From: an uncultured Acidobacteriota bacterium
GTDB lineage: Bacteria; Acidobacteriota; Thermoanaerobaculia; UBA5066; Gp7-AA6
NCBI GenBank assembly: GCA_963764715.1
Contig: CAVXTP010000006.1
Location: forward strand, 128,001-192,000
DNA: 64,000 nucleotides
Reading direction: 5' to 3'
Below the pieces are notes generated by a model. The model did not search any database and had not been told where the DNA came from. It was given only the letters and a program-made list of their open reading frames with translations. The position numbers and the translations under genes are program-made. This document shows, piece after piece, positions 9,729 through 19,020 of this stretch. Within the stretch, counting starts at the first letter, position 1. Each line of letters starts with the position of its first letter.

Positions 9729-10846
9729 GCTCGCATCATGGCGGCCCGAAGGGCGACGCGAAGGGCGACGCGAGCTTCGCCGGGATTGGAGATAACGGCG
9801 GGGTTCATCGCAATGGCATTCCGCACGAGCGCGCGAGCCATCTGCCGACCGACGCTTCTCGCCGAGCCGTCGTGAGTCGAACTGTCCGCGAGGAGCTTCT
9901 CGCTCCGCCGCAGAAGCGCTCTACCCATCCACCGGAAAGCCCACCGCCGAAAGTCCGGAATTGCTGACTCCGGCCCAATCTTGGCCCGGAAACCTTCGAA
10001 AACGTGGTCGGCGGTTGCCCGAAGCTCCCGAAACTCGAGAGACACCGCATGAGACAGAACCAACGTGCGATTCCCGCAGAAGGCCTGCAGGGCATCGAGC
10101 CGGGCCTCCGGAATCGACGAGTTCGTAACCCATCGCAGATTCTGCAGGCTGACGCGTCGGGCCGCGCGACCCATGTCCGAGCCATGACGCTCCGTAATAC
10201 TTTCGGGGGGCCGCCGACGAATGACGAGGACGGCTCCCACGCTCGCGACCTTGCTCGATCTCGAGACTCGCGCCCAGAGAGCAAAATCCTCGGCAAACAC
10301 GTCGGCCTCTCCATAGCCCCCCAGTACCTGGATCGCCTCGCGGCGGAACAGAATCGAGGAGTGCGTCAGGGGGCAATAGAAGAGCAGGGTCCACGCGAGA
10401 CGTAACGGGTCGGTCTCGACCGTTCGGCGGGAGCGAGCGCCCCCCTCGACCGGTTCAAAGAAAGTGTCCGAGCCCACGACCGCGACATCCGGCCTCGACC
10501 TCAGGAAATCAACCTGAGTCTGAAGGCGTTGAGGGAAGGAGAAATCATCGGCATCCTGCCGTGCGACGAACTCGCCTCGGGCGGCCGCGAGACCGGTGTT
10601 CAACGCCGCGATGAGACCGCGGTTGCTCTCGTGCTTCAGCCGGACGATGCGCGGGTCGTCATACTCGTCGAGGACTCGAGAGGTTCCATCCGTCGAGCCG
10701 TCGTCGACGATGACGAATTCGAAGTCACGAAAGGTCTGCGCAAGGATCCCCTCGACCGCCTGGCGGACGTGGGCCTGCCCGTTGTAAACCGCCATCAACA
10801 CGGTCACGAGCGGCGGCGCGGGTCCGACGGGAGAGCCGGTACTCAT
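9725..10846 (-). CDS. Glycosyltransferase family 2 (GT-A)
   Basis: VTVLMAVYNG, IVDDGSTD, ARQDADD (DxD), HSSILFR and AEDFALW motifs. Confidence 0.93.
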   Translation of the reverse strand: MSTGSPVGPAPPLVTVLMAVYNGQAHVRQAVEGILAQTFRDFEFVIVDDGSTDGTSRVLDEYDDPRIVRLKHESNRGLIAALNTGLAAARGEFVARQDADDFSFPQRLQTQVDFLRSRPDVAVVGSDTFFEPVEGGARSRRTVETDPLRLAWTLLFYCPLTHSSILFRREAIQVLGGYGEADVFAEDFALWARVSRSSKVASVGAVLVIRRRPPESITERHGSDMGRAARRVSLQNLRWVTNSSIPEARLDALQAFCGNRTLVLSHAVSLEFRELRATADHVFEGFRAKIGPESAIPDFRRWAFRWMGRALLRRSEKLLADSSTHDGSARSVGRQMARALVRNAIAMNPAVISNPGEARVALRVALRAAMMRA

Positions 10847-12153
10847 TTCACGACCGTGGTCGAAGCCGGCAACTCCGAGCCCGGAGCCTTCCGCGCTTCG
10901 GCCATCCGAACGAGGACTGCGTACGCGTCATGGCCCTCTCGAACCTGCCGAGCCGCCGCGGTCAGCAAGGCCGGCCGGAGATCGTCCGCCTGCCGCCATA
11001 GCTCCCGGATCTGCGCCGCGAGGATCTCGATGACCTCGGGCTGATCGAGGGACACGACCTGACACCCGGCGCCGAATTGATCCGCCAGACCCAGCAACTT
11101 GTCCGTGTAATAGCCCGAGCGCGTCAGGCCGACGACGGGAATTCCCTGCGCGAGCGCAAAGACTCCGGCATGGTAGCTGCCCGTCACGACGACCCGGCAC
11201 TGGCCGACCCGTTGGGCCAACCCGAGCGGCGTATCGAGGCCCACCGGCTCAAACCCTTCCATCTCGTCGGGCAGCAGCTCGCGAAGGGACTCGACGTCCG
11301 AGTCGGCTGCCGCTCTCGAGATCGGAATCGGGAGAAGGACCGCTCCAATTTCGTCGGCCGCTTTCCGGAGGGCGGCCCGTATTTCACTCAGGGCACCGCT
11401 CGGCACACTCGAGTAGCTCGAGACCCGGACATTCACTCCGAGTAAGGAGCCGAGCCGGTGGGGGCGCCGCACGAAGGCAGGCTCAATCGCGTCGTCGCCC
11501 GTGACGCGAATTCGGGCCCGTGAGACACCCAGGGAGTCGAGCAGGGTCAACGCCGCCCGCCCCTCGCGCAGAGCGATCATGTCGACGCGGGGAAGGATCG
11601 CGCGCGCACGCCGGAGGATCACCGGGTCACTCAGGGGACCGATCCCCTGGCCAACCATCGCCGTCGGTGCTCCTCGCCGCTGGAAGCGGCTCAGAAGCTC
11701 GAGGGAGGACAGCGCGTGCCCTCGAAAGGAATCGGTCATGTATCCGCCGCCTCCGAGAACCAGCAGGTCCGCCGCGTCGGCGGCCTCGAGAAACGTTTCG
11801 ATGTCGGCGCGGTCCTCGTCATGGCCTTTCGCCCGGCGGGCGGCGAGGCCATCACTCAAGCCCGGCAGGTGGTCCCGGAAGATCGAATCCGACGCCGCGA
11901 ATCGGCGGGACAGGGCCCTGGGGACTCGGGACCGACCCGGCAATTGGCTCCACTGCAACCACTTTCGAAGACCGTTCGAAGGCACAGGCGTCGCACCGGG
12001 GCAATAGCCTGCCAGGAGCGCGGGCGAGGACGTCAGGACGCCGATGCTCGCTTCGGGCCACTTCGCCTGGAGGCGAGAAACGGCCACCTGAAGCATCGCG
12101 ACGTCGCCCACGTTATTGAGCGCGTAGCCGCTACTGTCCACCAGCACTTTCAT
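10843..12153 (-). CDS. Polysaccharide pyruvyl transferase family protein
   Basis: NVGDVAM, LGGGGY, GQGIGP, ALRE, TGDDA and GSYHAGVFALAQGIP motifs. Confidence 0.85.
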   Translation of the reverse strand: MKVLVDSSGYALNNVGDVAMLQVAVSRLQAKWPEASIGVLTSSPALLAGYCPGATPVPSNGLRKWLQWSQLPGRSRVPRALSRRFAASDSIFRDHLPGLSDGLAARRAKGHDEDRADIETFLEAADAADLLVLGGGGYMTDSFRGHALSSLELLSRFQRRGAPTAMVGQGIGPLSDPVILRRARAILPRVDMIALREGRAALTLLDSLGVSRARIRVTGDDAIEPAFVRRPHRLGSLLGVNVRVSSYSSVPSGALSEIRAALRKAADEIGAVLLPIPISRAAADSDVESLRELLPDEMEGFEPVGLDTPLGLAQRVGQCRVVVTGSYHAGVFALAQGIPVVGLTRSGYYTDKLLGLADQFGAGCQVVSLDQPEVIEILAAQIRELWRQADDLRPALLTAAARQVREGHDAYAVLVRMAEARKAPGSELPASTTVVK

Positions 12154-12173
12154 TTCGGCATCGCCTCGCGGGC

Positions 12174-13382
12174 CTACACGAACCTTCCGGCCAGAAGAAC
12201 ACGGCGGATCGGGCCGGCCGCGCGCCAGAGCCCCCTCCGTCGCCTGAGCCAGTCCGTGGCCGGCAGCAGTCGTCGGATCACCCGCGACCGCCGGAGAGTT
12301 CGGCTCGTCGCGCGCGCGATTTCTTTCTTTCCGCGGGCGAGCGCCTCGACCCGGATGCGCCGGTAGAAGACCTCATTGTTCGAGCTGGCGATGTACACCC
12401 TCGCCAGCCGGGCGGGATCCACCCGGCCTCCCGGGAACCGAGTCTCCGGCCCGAGCCTTCCGAGAACCCCGAGAGTCGCCATCGTGCGAAGGCACTTCTC
12501 GCAGGCACCACAGTTCTCGTCGGAGCGCCGCCGGAAGCAGACGTGAAGGTTATGCAGCGCGATTTCGAACCGGGAGATGTACTCGAGCTTTTCGAAACGA
12601 TCATGCGTCGCGCCGTCGTGAAGGACTTCGGTCCGGGAAGTCGAAAGGAGGGGGTCGGTCAAGGGGTGCGACCCCCAGGGAACGACATGGGCATAGTCGA
12701 ACGCGGATCCGATCAGCAGTCGACGGTAACGCCCCTCCAGGGCCAGACCGACGCTCGCCAGCCCGCACACATGCCACAAGGGTCCCCAGCCCGCCTTCTC
12801 GAGACGGGTGAGGCGGAGGTTCGTGGCGACGTCCACGAGCGTCTTGCCGAGCCGCTGGGCGATCGCCACCATGCGGGCCTTACGAAGAGCGAACGAGGCT
12901 GCGTCGCTGAGCGGAACGTCGAAGCCCCAGATCGCGATCAAATCGTCCGTCGGAATCTCTCCGGGCTCCATGCTCCGCAGGATCGTGAAGAACGAGTCGA
13001 CGCCGGTGCTGAAGAAGGACCCGGTGAGAGAGCCCCTGGCCGGCGGGCGATCGTCCGCCCTCGGCGCGATCACTTCGATGCGGTGAAGGTGCGGATACCA
13101 CGCCGTCCACACGGCCATGAGCTCTTTCATGTTGCGCGTCATCAAAGGATCTACGGGAAGACAAAGGCGCAGCGGTTCCCCGAGCGTCACGGCCAGCGGA
13201 AGAAGGCACGCCAGCCAGGGATTGCCCGTCTGGCTGAGAGCGCCAGCCAGCTCCGCAGGAACGTCGAACCAGTACTCTTCGGGTTCCGCTCCGGGACGGT
13301 CGTCGTAGGAAACCGATCCCGTCAGGCGGACTCTCCCTCCGTCGAGTGGCGAAGGCGCGACCCGCACCGCGGTCAGCTCCAC
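12174..13382 (-). CDS. Uncharacterized PP-loop ATP pyrophosphatase-like protein with C-terminal Cys4 cluster (paralog B)
   Basis: FFSTGVDS PP-loop, WGSHP and HVCF-x6-NCGACEKC. Clearly paralogous to 13405..14616. Confidence 0.7.
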   Translation of the reverse strand: MELTAVRVAPSPLDGGRVRLTGSVSYDDRPGAEPEEYWFDVPAELAGALSQTGNPWLACLLPLAVTLGEPLRLCLPVDPLMTRNMKELMAVWTAWYPHLHRIEVIAPRADDRPPARGSLTGSFFSTGVDSFFTILRSMEPGEIPTDDLIAIWGFDVPLSDAASFALRKARMVAIAQRLGKTLVDVATNLRLTRLEKAGWGPLWHVCGLASVGLALEGRYRRLLIGSAFDYAHVVPWGSHPLTDPLLSTSRTEVLHDGATHDRFEKLEYISRFEIALHNLHVCFRRRSDENCGACEKCLRTMATLGVLGRLGPETRFPGGRVDPARLARVYIASSNNEVFYRRIRVEALARGKKEIARATSRTLRRSRVIRRLLPATDWLRRRRGLWRAAGPIRRVLLAGRFV

Positions 13383-13404
13383 GGATCGGTTCCCTTCCGA
13401 CGGC

Positions 13405-14616
13405 TCATCGGACGACTCGTGCCATCAGCGTGCGCCTCGTCCGGCTCGCCACCGTTGAGAGGCCCCGGACCTTCCGCCCTCTCCACTTGTCCAGGCTCGG
13501 CAGGATCGCGCCGAGAACCGTCGATCTCCGCAGCGCGCCGCGAATCGCGCGAACGATGTCGCGACGCCCCTGCCTGGCCGCCAGCGCCTGGAGGCGCCGG
13601 AGGCTTCGACGCTGTCCCCCCGTCGTCATGAGAATCCGTCGAACCTGTCGGAGATCCGGCGCTCCGGCAGGGAAGGTCGCGGCTCGGTCGCCGGCCCCGC
13701 AGAGCCAGAGTCCCAGCCACGTCAAAGTGCATTTTCGGCACCGGCCGCAGTTGCGATCGGAGATCTCACGGAAACACACGTGGAGGAACCGAAGGGCCAG
13801 GTCGGAACCCGCCAGGTATTGCATTTTGTCGAGCCGAGTCGCCTCGGCGCCGTCGTGGAGAATCTTTGTCGCCGCCGTGGAATTGAGAACGTCCGTCAGA
13901 GGGTGCGAGCCATAGGGTGTCAGCTCGCCGTAGGGCGACGTGGAGCCCACCAGCAGGTACCGGTATCGCCGCTCGAGGGCGAGCCCCACGCCACAAAGCG
14001 CGGAGATGTGGCACAGGTCCGACCACGAGGCCTCGCGAAAGCGGGTTTCCCTGAGGTTGGTCGAGACGACGACGAGATCCATGTCGAGTTCTGCGGCCGC
14101 GAGCTCCATTCGGCGACGGTGGCGCTCGAAGGCTTCCGCGTGCTCGAGGGGATAGTCAAAGCCCTGCACGAGAATCAGATCGTCCACGGACACAGCGGCG
14201 TCGGCGTACTTGCGGTGGTGCAGGACCGTGTAGAAGGAGTCCACGCCACCCGAGAAAAAGGCGCCGGTCCGACGCGGTTCCCCGTTCCCGACCGGGTCGC
14301 TGACTTCGAGCTCGAGGGGAACCGCCCTGAGCGCGGGATACCAGTGGCTCCAGATGTGCAGCAGTTCTCGAATATTGTGCGCGAGCAGACGGTCCACCGG
14401 CAATCCGATCCGGAGCGGCTCATGGAGCGTAGCCGCCACGGGTGCGAGGCAGACCAACCAGGGGTTACCCGACGATGCCAGATCGCTGGCGAAGCGTTCC
14501 GGCACCTCGAACCAGTACGTCTCGGTCGCGGAGGGGCGGGAGTCATAGCGGACGGCGCCCGTCAGGCGAACTCGACCCGGGGCCGAGGGAGCGACGTGAA
14601 TCTCCTGGACTTCCAA
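13405..14616 (-). CDS. Uncharacterized PP-loop ATP pyrophosphatase-like protein with C-terminal Cys4 cluster (paralog A)
   Basis: FFSGGVDS PP-loop, YGSHP and HVCF-x6-NCGRCRKC. TTG start. Confidence 0.7.
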   Translation of the reverse strand: MEVQEIHVAPSAPGRVRLTGAVRYDSRPSATETYWFEVPERFASDLASSGNPWLVCLAPVAATLHEPLRIGLPVDRLLAHNIRELLHIWSHWYPALRAVPLELEVSDPVGNGEPRRTGAFFSGGVDSFYTVLHHRKYADAAVSVDDLILVQGFDYPLEHAEAFERHRRRMELAAAELDMDLVVVSTNLRETRFREASWSDLCHISALCGVGLALERRYRYLLVGSTSPYGELTPYGSHPLTDVLNSTAATKILHDGAEATRLDKMQYLAGSDLALRFLHVCFREISDRNCGRCRKCTLTWLGLWLCGAGDRAATFPAGAPDLRQVRRILMTTGGQRRSLRRLQALAARQGRRDIVRAIRGALRRSTVLGAILPSLDKWRGRKVRGLSTVASRTRRTLMARVVR

Positions 14617-14623
14617 GCGCCCG

Positions 14624-15922
14624 CTAGCTCTTGGAGGCCGCGACGCCCTTCACGTCGGCGGCGGCCGCCTGCTCGATCCGATGTCCCCACTCGTGCGCCA
14701 CGAGACATGCCCCGTGCTCGATACGTGGCACTCGGCCCGTGGGAAAGAAGACCGAGCTTTCGACGCTGAATGCCAGGGAGTTGGGGATCTGGTCGGTCTC
14801 TCGACCCTGAGAATGGACGCTTACGGCAACGCGATATTCCCCCCGGGGGAGTGGAAGATTCGGAATTCGGCAGCTCACGGTCCCCATCGACCCGAGCCCC
14901 ACGGAGAAGCCCGCGATCTGGGTGGAGAGGTGTGTCACCACGATTCCGAGATGATTGATGATCCCCAACATGACCTCCGCTCGCTCCGCTCCGACCCGGT
15001 TCTCATAGGAAAACTCGAACGTGACCGGGGTCCCGGCCACCAGACGCTCCGTCGGTTGGCCTTCGCTGTCCAGCACTCTGGCCCCGGTCAATCGAACCGC
15101 CCCGTCGCCCCGGCGCTCGGGATTGTTCTCGAACGCGTGGGCGGCGGACGCGTGAAGATGGCCCAGATATTCGCGCAGGACGTCGCCCGTCGGACCGTCG
15201 ACGGCGACCGTGCCTTTGCGCAGGAGAATCGCGCGCGCGCACAGGGCCTGCACGGCCGGCATGTTGTGGCTCACGAAGAGCACGGTCCGCCCTTCCTGGG
15301 CGACGTCGCCCATTTTCCCGAGGCACTTCTTCTGGAAGTCGGCGTCGCCGACGGCCAGCACCTCGTCGACCAGCAGGATCTCGGGCTCCAGATGCGCCGC
15401 CACGGCGAACGCCAGGCGCAGGTACATGCCGCTCGAGTAATGCTTGACGGGCGTGTCGATGAATTTCTCGACTTCGGAGAAAGCCACGATCTCGTCGAAC
15501 TTGCGCTCGATCTCGGCGCGGCGCATGCCGAGGATGGCGCCGTTCAGGTAGATGTTCTCGCGTCCCGTCAGCTCCGGGTGGAAACCCGTGCCGACCTCGA
15601 GAAGCGAGCCGACGCGCCCGTGGATCTCGGCGACGCCGTGGGTGGGGTCGGTGATTCGCGCCAGGATCTTCAGAAGCGTGCTCTTGCCGGCGCCGTTGCG
15701 ACCGATGATGCCGACGACCTCGCCGGCTCGAACCTCGAAGTTCACGTCGCGAAGCGCCCAGAGCTGCTCGTCTCCGCCCTTCCGGGTGCGCCGACGCAGG
15801 AGGCGGGACGGGGCCTTCGCCAGCGCCGCGATCGAATCGCGCAGCGTCTTGTACTTCTCGAGGCGCAGGCCGATCCGGTATTCCTTCGAGAGCCCCTCCA
15901 CGCGGACCGCGATGTCGGACAT
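14624..15922 (-). CDS. wzt: Wzt polysaccharide ABC transporter ATP-binding protein with a different C-terminal domain (copy 2)
   Basis: ATG at 15922 (MSDIAVRVEGLSK). GRNGAGKST, YSSGMYLRLAF and LVDEVLAVGD motifs. C-terminal domain diverges from copy 1. Confidence 0.9.
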   Translation of the reverse strand: MSDIAVRVEGLSKEYRIGLRLEKYKTLRDSIAALAKAPSRLLRRRTRKGGDEQLWALRDVNFEVRAGEVVGIIGRNGAGKSTLLKILARITDPTHGVAEIHGRVGSLLEVGTGFHPELTGRENIYLNGAILGMRRAEIERKFDEIVAFSEVEKFIDTPVKHYSSGMYLRLAFAVAAHLEPEILLVDEVLAVGDADFQKKCLGKMGDVAQEGRTVLFVSHNMPAVQALCARAILLRKGTVAVDGPTGDVLREYLGHLHASAAHAFENNPERRGDGAVRLTGARVLDSEGQPTERLVAGTPVTFEFSYENRVGAERAEVMLGIINHLGIVVTHLSTQIAGFSVGLGSMGTVSCRIPNLPLPRGEYRVAVSVHSQGRETDQIPNSLAFSVESSVFFPTGRVPRIEHGACLVAHEWGHRIEQAAAADVKGVAASKS

Positions 15923-15924
15923 CG

Positions 15925-16884
15925 TCAGACCCCCGCCCCGACGACCGCGCGGTAGTGGGCCAGCGATTTCGCAAGCCCTTCCGCCAGCTCGACCCGCGGC
16001 CGATAGCCGAGCTCGCGGCCGGCGAGGCCGAGATCCGCGGCCGAGTGAAGCACGTCCCCGGCGCGCGGCGGCTCGTGCCGGGGCGCCGGACCTCCCCCGA
16101 CGGTTTCGCGCACCGTGTCGGCGAGCTCGTTCACCGTCGTCTGCTTCCCGCCCGCCACGTTGTAGGCGCGGCCGCACGCCGACGCCGGCGCCTGCGCGGC
16201 TCGAAGGTTGGCCTCGACCGCGTCGGCCACGTAAGTGAAGTCGCGGCTCTGGGCACCGTCGCCGTAGATGACGGGGGCCTCGCCCGCGAGATACGCCTTG
16301 AAAAACCGGGGGATGACGGCGGCGTAAGGGCCGTCGGGGTCCTGGCGCGGACCGTAGACGTTGAAGTAGCGCAGGCCAATGAGCTCCATCCCGTAGCAGC
16401 GGGCGAAGTTGGACGCCAGCTCCTCGTTCATGGCCTTGGACAGGGCGTAGGGCGACAGCACTTCGCCCTCCTCCCCTTCCCGCTTCGGAAGGCGCACGCT
16501 GTCCCCGTAAACGCTCGACGAGGACGCGTAGACGACGCGCCGGACCGCGGCATCGCGCGCCGCCGCGAAGACGTTCGCGGTTCCCGAGACGTTGACGGCG
16601 ATGCTCGTCGCGGGGTCCTTCATCGACCGCGGCACCGAGCCGAGCGCGGCCTGGTGAAAGACCACCTCCGTGCCGGCGCAGGCCTCCCGGCACGCTCCCG
16701 CGTCGCGGATGTCCGCCTCGATGAAGTCGATGTTCGAGGCGCAGTGCGCGAGGTTCGCCCGCTTGCCGTTCGACAGGTCGTCCAGCGCCCGAACGCGCGC
16801 ACCGAGGCCGAGGAGCGCATCGACGAGATGCGATCCGATGAACCCCGCGGCGCCCGTCACGAGCACCCGTTGTCCGCGCATCAC
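15925..16884 (-). CDS. UDP-GlcNAc(A) 4-epimerase, WbpP/TviC-like extended SDR
   Basis: GAAGFIG, HQAALGSVPRS, ASSSSVYG, YALSK (YxxxK) and LRYFNVYGPRQDP motifs. Confidence 0.88.
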   Translation of the reverse strand: MMRGQRVLVTGAAGFIGSHLVDALLGLGARVRALDDLSNGKRANLAHCASNIDFIEADIRDAGACREACAGTEVVFHQAALGSVPRSMKDPATSIAVNVSGTANVFAAARDAAVRRVVYASSSSVYGDSVRLPKREGEEGEVLSPYALSKAMNEELASNFARCYGMELIGLRYFNVYGPRQDPDGPYAAVIPRFFKAYLAGEAPVIYGDGAQSRDFTYVADAVEANLRAAQAPASACGRAYNVAGGKQTTVNELADTVRETVGGGPAPRHEPPRAGDVLHSAADLGLAGRELGYRPRVELAEGLAKSLAHYRAVVGAGV

Positions 16885-16906
16885 GCCTCCCCTCCGGCCG
16901 GGGGCC

Positions 16907-18245
16907 TCAGGCCTTCACGACGTTCTCCCGGGGCGCGCGATAGACGCCGCGCGTATCGATGACGAGCCTCGCGTGCCGGACCACGGCGTCGTAGTCCACC
17001 GCCGAATGGTCGGTCACGATCACGACCGCGTCCTGCGCCCGCAGCAGGTCCTCCGTCAGCGGCGCCGACGTCATGGGCGGCAGGTCCGGCCACGAACGCA
17101 TCCGCGGCGCCTTCGGGACGTGCGGGTCGTGGTACGACACCTCGGCGCCGAGCTTCAGGAGGCCCTCGATGATCTCGAAGGCCGGGCTCTCGCGCGGATC
17201 GTCGATGTCCTTCTTGTAGGCGATGCCGAGGACGAGGACCCGGCTTCCGCGCGACGGCCTTGCGCCGCTCGTTGAGCGCGAGGGTGAGCTTCTCGAGATC
17301 ACGTACTCGGGCATCTGCACGTTGACCTCGCCGGCGAGCTCGATGAACTTCGGCGTCACGCCGTACTCGCGCGCCTTCCAGGACAGGTAGAACGGGTCGA
17401 GCGGGATGCAGTGACCGCCCCAGCCCGGCCCCGGGTTGAAGCGCATGAAGCCGAAGGGCTTGGTCGACGCCGCGTCGAGCACGCTCCAGATGTCGATTCC
17501 CATCCGGTCGAAGACGATCTTGAGCTCGTTGACGAGGGCGATGTTGACCGCGCGGAAGATGTTCTCGACGAGCTTGGCGGCCTCCGCTTCCCGGGCGCTC
17601 GCGACGCGGACGGTCCGCACGACGATCTGGTCGTAGAGGCCTGCGCGAGGTCGCCGCCCGACCTGATCGACCCCTCCGACGATCTTCGGGATCGTCGCGG
17701 TATTGAAGCTTTCCGTTGCCCGGGTCCTCGCGCTCCGGCGAGAACGCGAGGAAGAAGTCGCGCCCGCACTGCAGCCCGGACTCCTCGAGGATGCGCCGAA
17801 CGAGCTCGTCGGTCGTGCCCGGGTACGTCGTCGACTCGAGGACGACGAGCTGACCCGGCCGCAGCCGCGCCCGGATCTGCTGGACGGTGTTGACGACGTA
17901 GCTCATGTCGGGCTCGCGCTGGGGCGTCAGACGGCGTCGGCACGCAGATGATCAGCGACGTCCGGCTCGCCCAGCCGCCGGAAGTCGGCGGTGGCCTGGA
18001 AGAGCTTGCCGGACAGGGCGCGCGATCAGCCGGCTTCCGTCCAGGTGCTGGATGTAGTTGCGTCCGTCGTTCAGGGCCTCGACCTTCGTCGCATCGACGT
18101 CGAAGCCGAGGACCGAGAAGCCCTTTTCGGCGAAGGTCAGGGCCAGGGGCAGGCCGACGTAGCCCAGTCCGACGATGCCGACGACCGCCGTCCGGCTCTG
18201 GATCTTCTCGTGGAGGCTCGCCACGGGCGCGCTCGCTTCGGTCAC
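16907..18245 (-). CDS. Nucleotide-sugar dehydrogenase (UDP-GlcNAc 6-dehydrogenase, WbpA-like), several apparent frameshifts
   Basis: GLGYVGLPLA, VLESTTYPGTT, FSPEREDPGN, AKLVENIFRAVNIALVNE, GPGWGGHCIPLDPFYL (catalytic Cys) and GIAYKKDIDDPRESP, spread over several frames. GTG at 18245 with GAGGAG upstream. Confidence 0.85.
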
Positions 18246-18339
18246 CAAGCTCGACTCCTCTCTGTCCCGTTGTCCGGGCTTCGCCCCCTTCGGTGTACCA
18301 ACCGACATGGAGGACTCCCTCATTTGTTGCGCCGGCGAA

Positions 18340-18924
18340 TCAGGCGACGGCGCTTTTTTCCAAGCCGGCCGCGCCCCCGGACATCCGGGTCAGGCTCGAC
18401 CGGTCAAACTCGACCGCGACGTTCTGTCGCAGCATCGAGACCGAAACGACGAGGCGAACGGACGACTGCTCCCGGAGCACCTGCCCGCGATAGCCGCGGA
18501 ACGGCCCCTCGGCGATCAGGACGACGTCGCCCGGGGCGAGCGGCGCGAACGGCACCAGGTTCGCCCCGGACTCCTGCAGGGCTCGCAGCTGGCGGAGCTC
18601 GGCGTGGAGCAGGTCCTGGTCGCGCACTTCGAGGAGCTTGACGACGAGACCGCTCCGGAACACCGCGGCCCGCGTCGCCGGGTCCGCCCGCAGAAACACG
18701 TAGCCCGGGAAGAGCGGGATGTAGGAGGCGAAGCGGCGGCCGCCCCTCCGCACCAGCCGTTCGTAGACGGGAAGATAGATGCCCGTCCCGACGGGCGTGA
18801 GGTGCCGGACGAGGGCCTTCTCCTGACGGCTCCGGGTGTGGGCGACCGTCCAGGGAAGATCCGTCGGAGGCAAGTCGAACAGGCCCTGAGGAAAGACCTC
18901 AGGCCCCCGCTTCAACAGAGGCAC
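18340..18924 (-). CDS. NusG-paralog transcription antiterminator (UpxY/RfaH/LoaP type)
   Basis: WTVAHTRSRQEK, IPLFPGYVF (NGN domain) and GDVVLIAEGPFRG (KOW). Lies inside a polysaccharide operon. GTG at 18924; the ORF extends to 18948. Confidence 0.88.
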   Translation of the reverse strand: MPLLKRGPEVFPQGLFDLPPTDLPWTVAHTRSRQEKALVRHLTPVGTGIYLPVYERLVRRGGRRFASYIPLFPGYVFLRADPATRAAVFRSGLVVKLLEVRDQDLLHAELRQLRALQESGANLVPFAPLAPGDVVLIAEGPFRGYRGQVLREQSSVRLVVSVSMLRQNVAVEFDRSSLTRMSGGAAGLEKSAVA

Positions 18925-18996
18925 TCGTCCTGGCCCTCTCCGCCGCACACCGCAGCTATCTTGCTGCAGGCGCGAGGCTTTGTGTCGTGAAAGCGC

Positions 18997-19005
18997 AGTA
19001 TAGCA
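18997..19005 (-). promoter_or_regulatory. Putative extended -10 promoter (TGCTATACT) upstream of the antiterminator gene
   Basis: Minus-strand TGnTATACT in the intergenic gap, about 70 nt before the start codon. No clear -35. Confidence 0.55.
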
Positions 19006-19020
19006 CGGCGCTTTGACCCC

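Noticed and set aside
12174-14616. QueC-like genes as queuosine/7-deazaguanine DNA-modification or Qat defence genes
   Set aside because: No queD/E/F, folE, tgt/dpdA, TatD or defence ATPase neighbours. They have an extra N-terminal domain and are embedded in a glycan operon.
18930-18990. GACACAAAGCCTC plus hairpin resembling part of a c-di-GMP-I riboswitch
   Set aside because: The upstream GGCAAA/GNRA stem is missing and there is no room for it after the putative -10.
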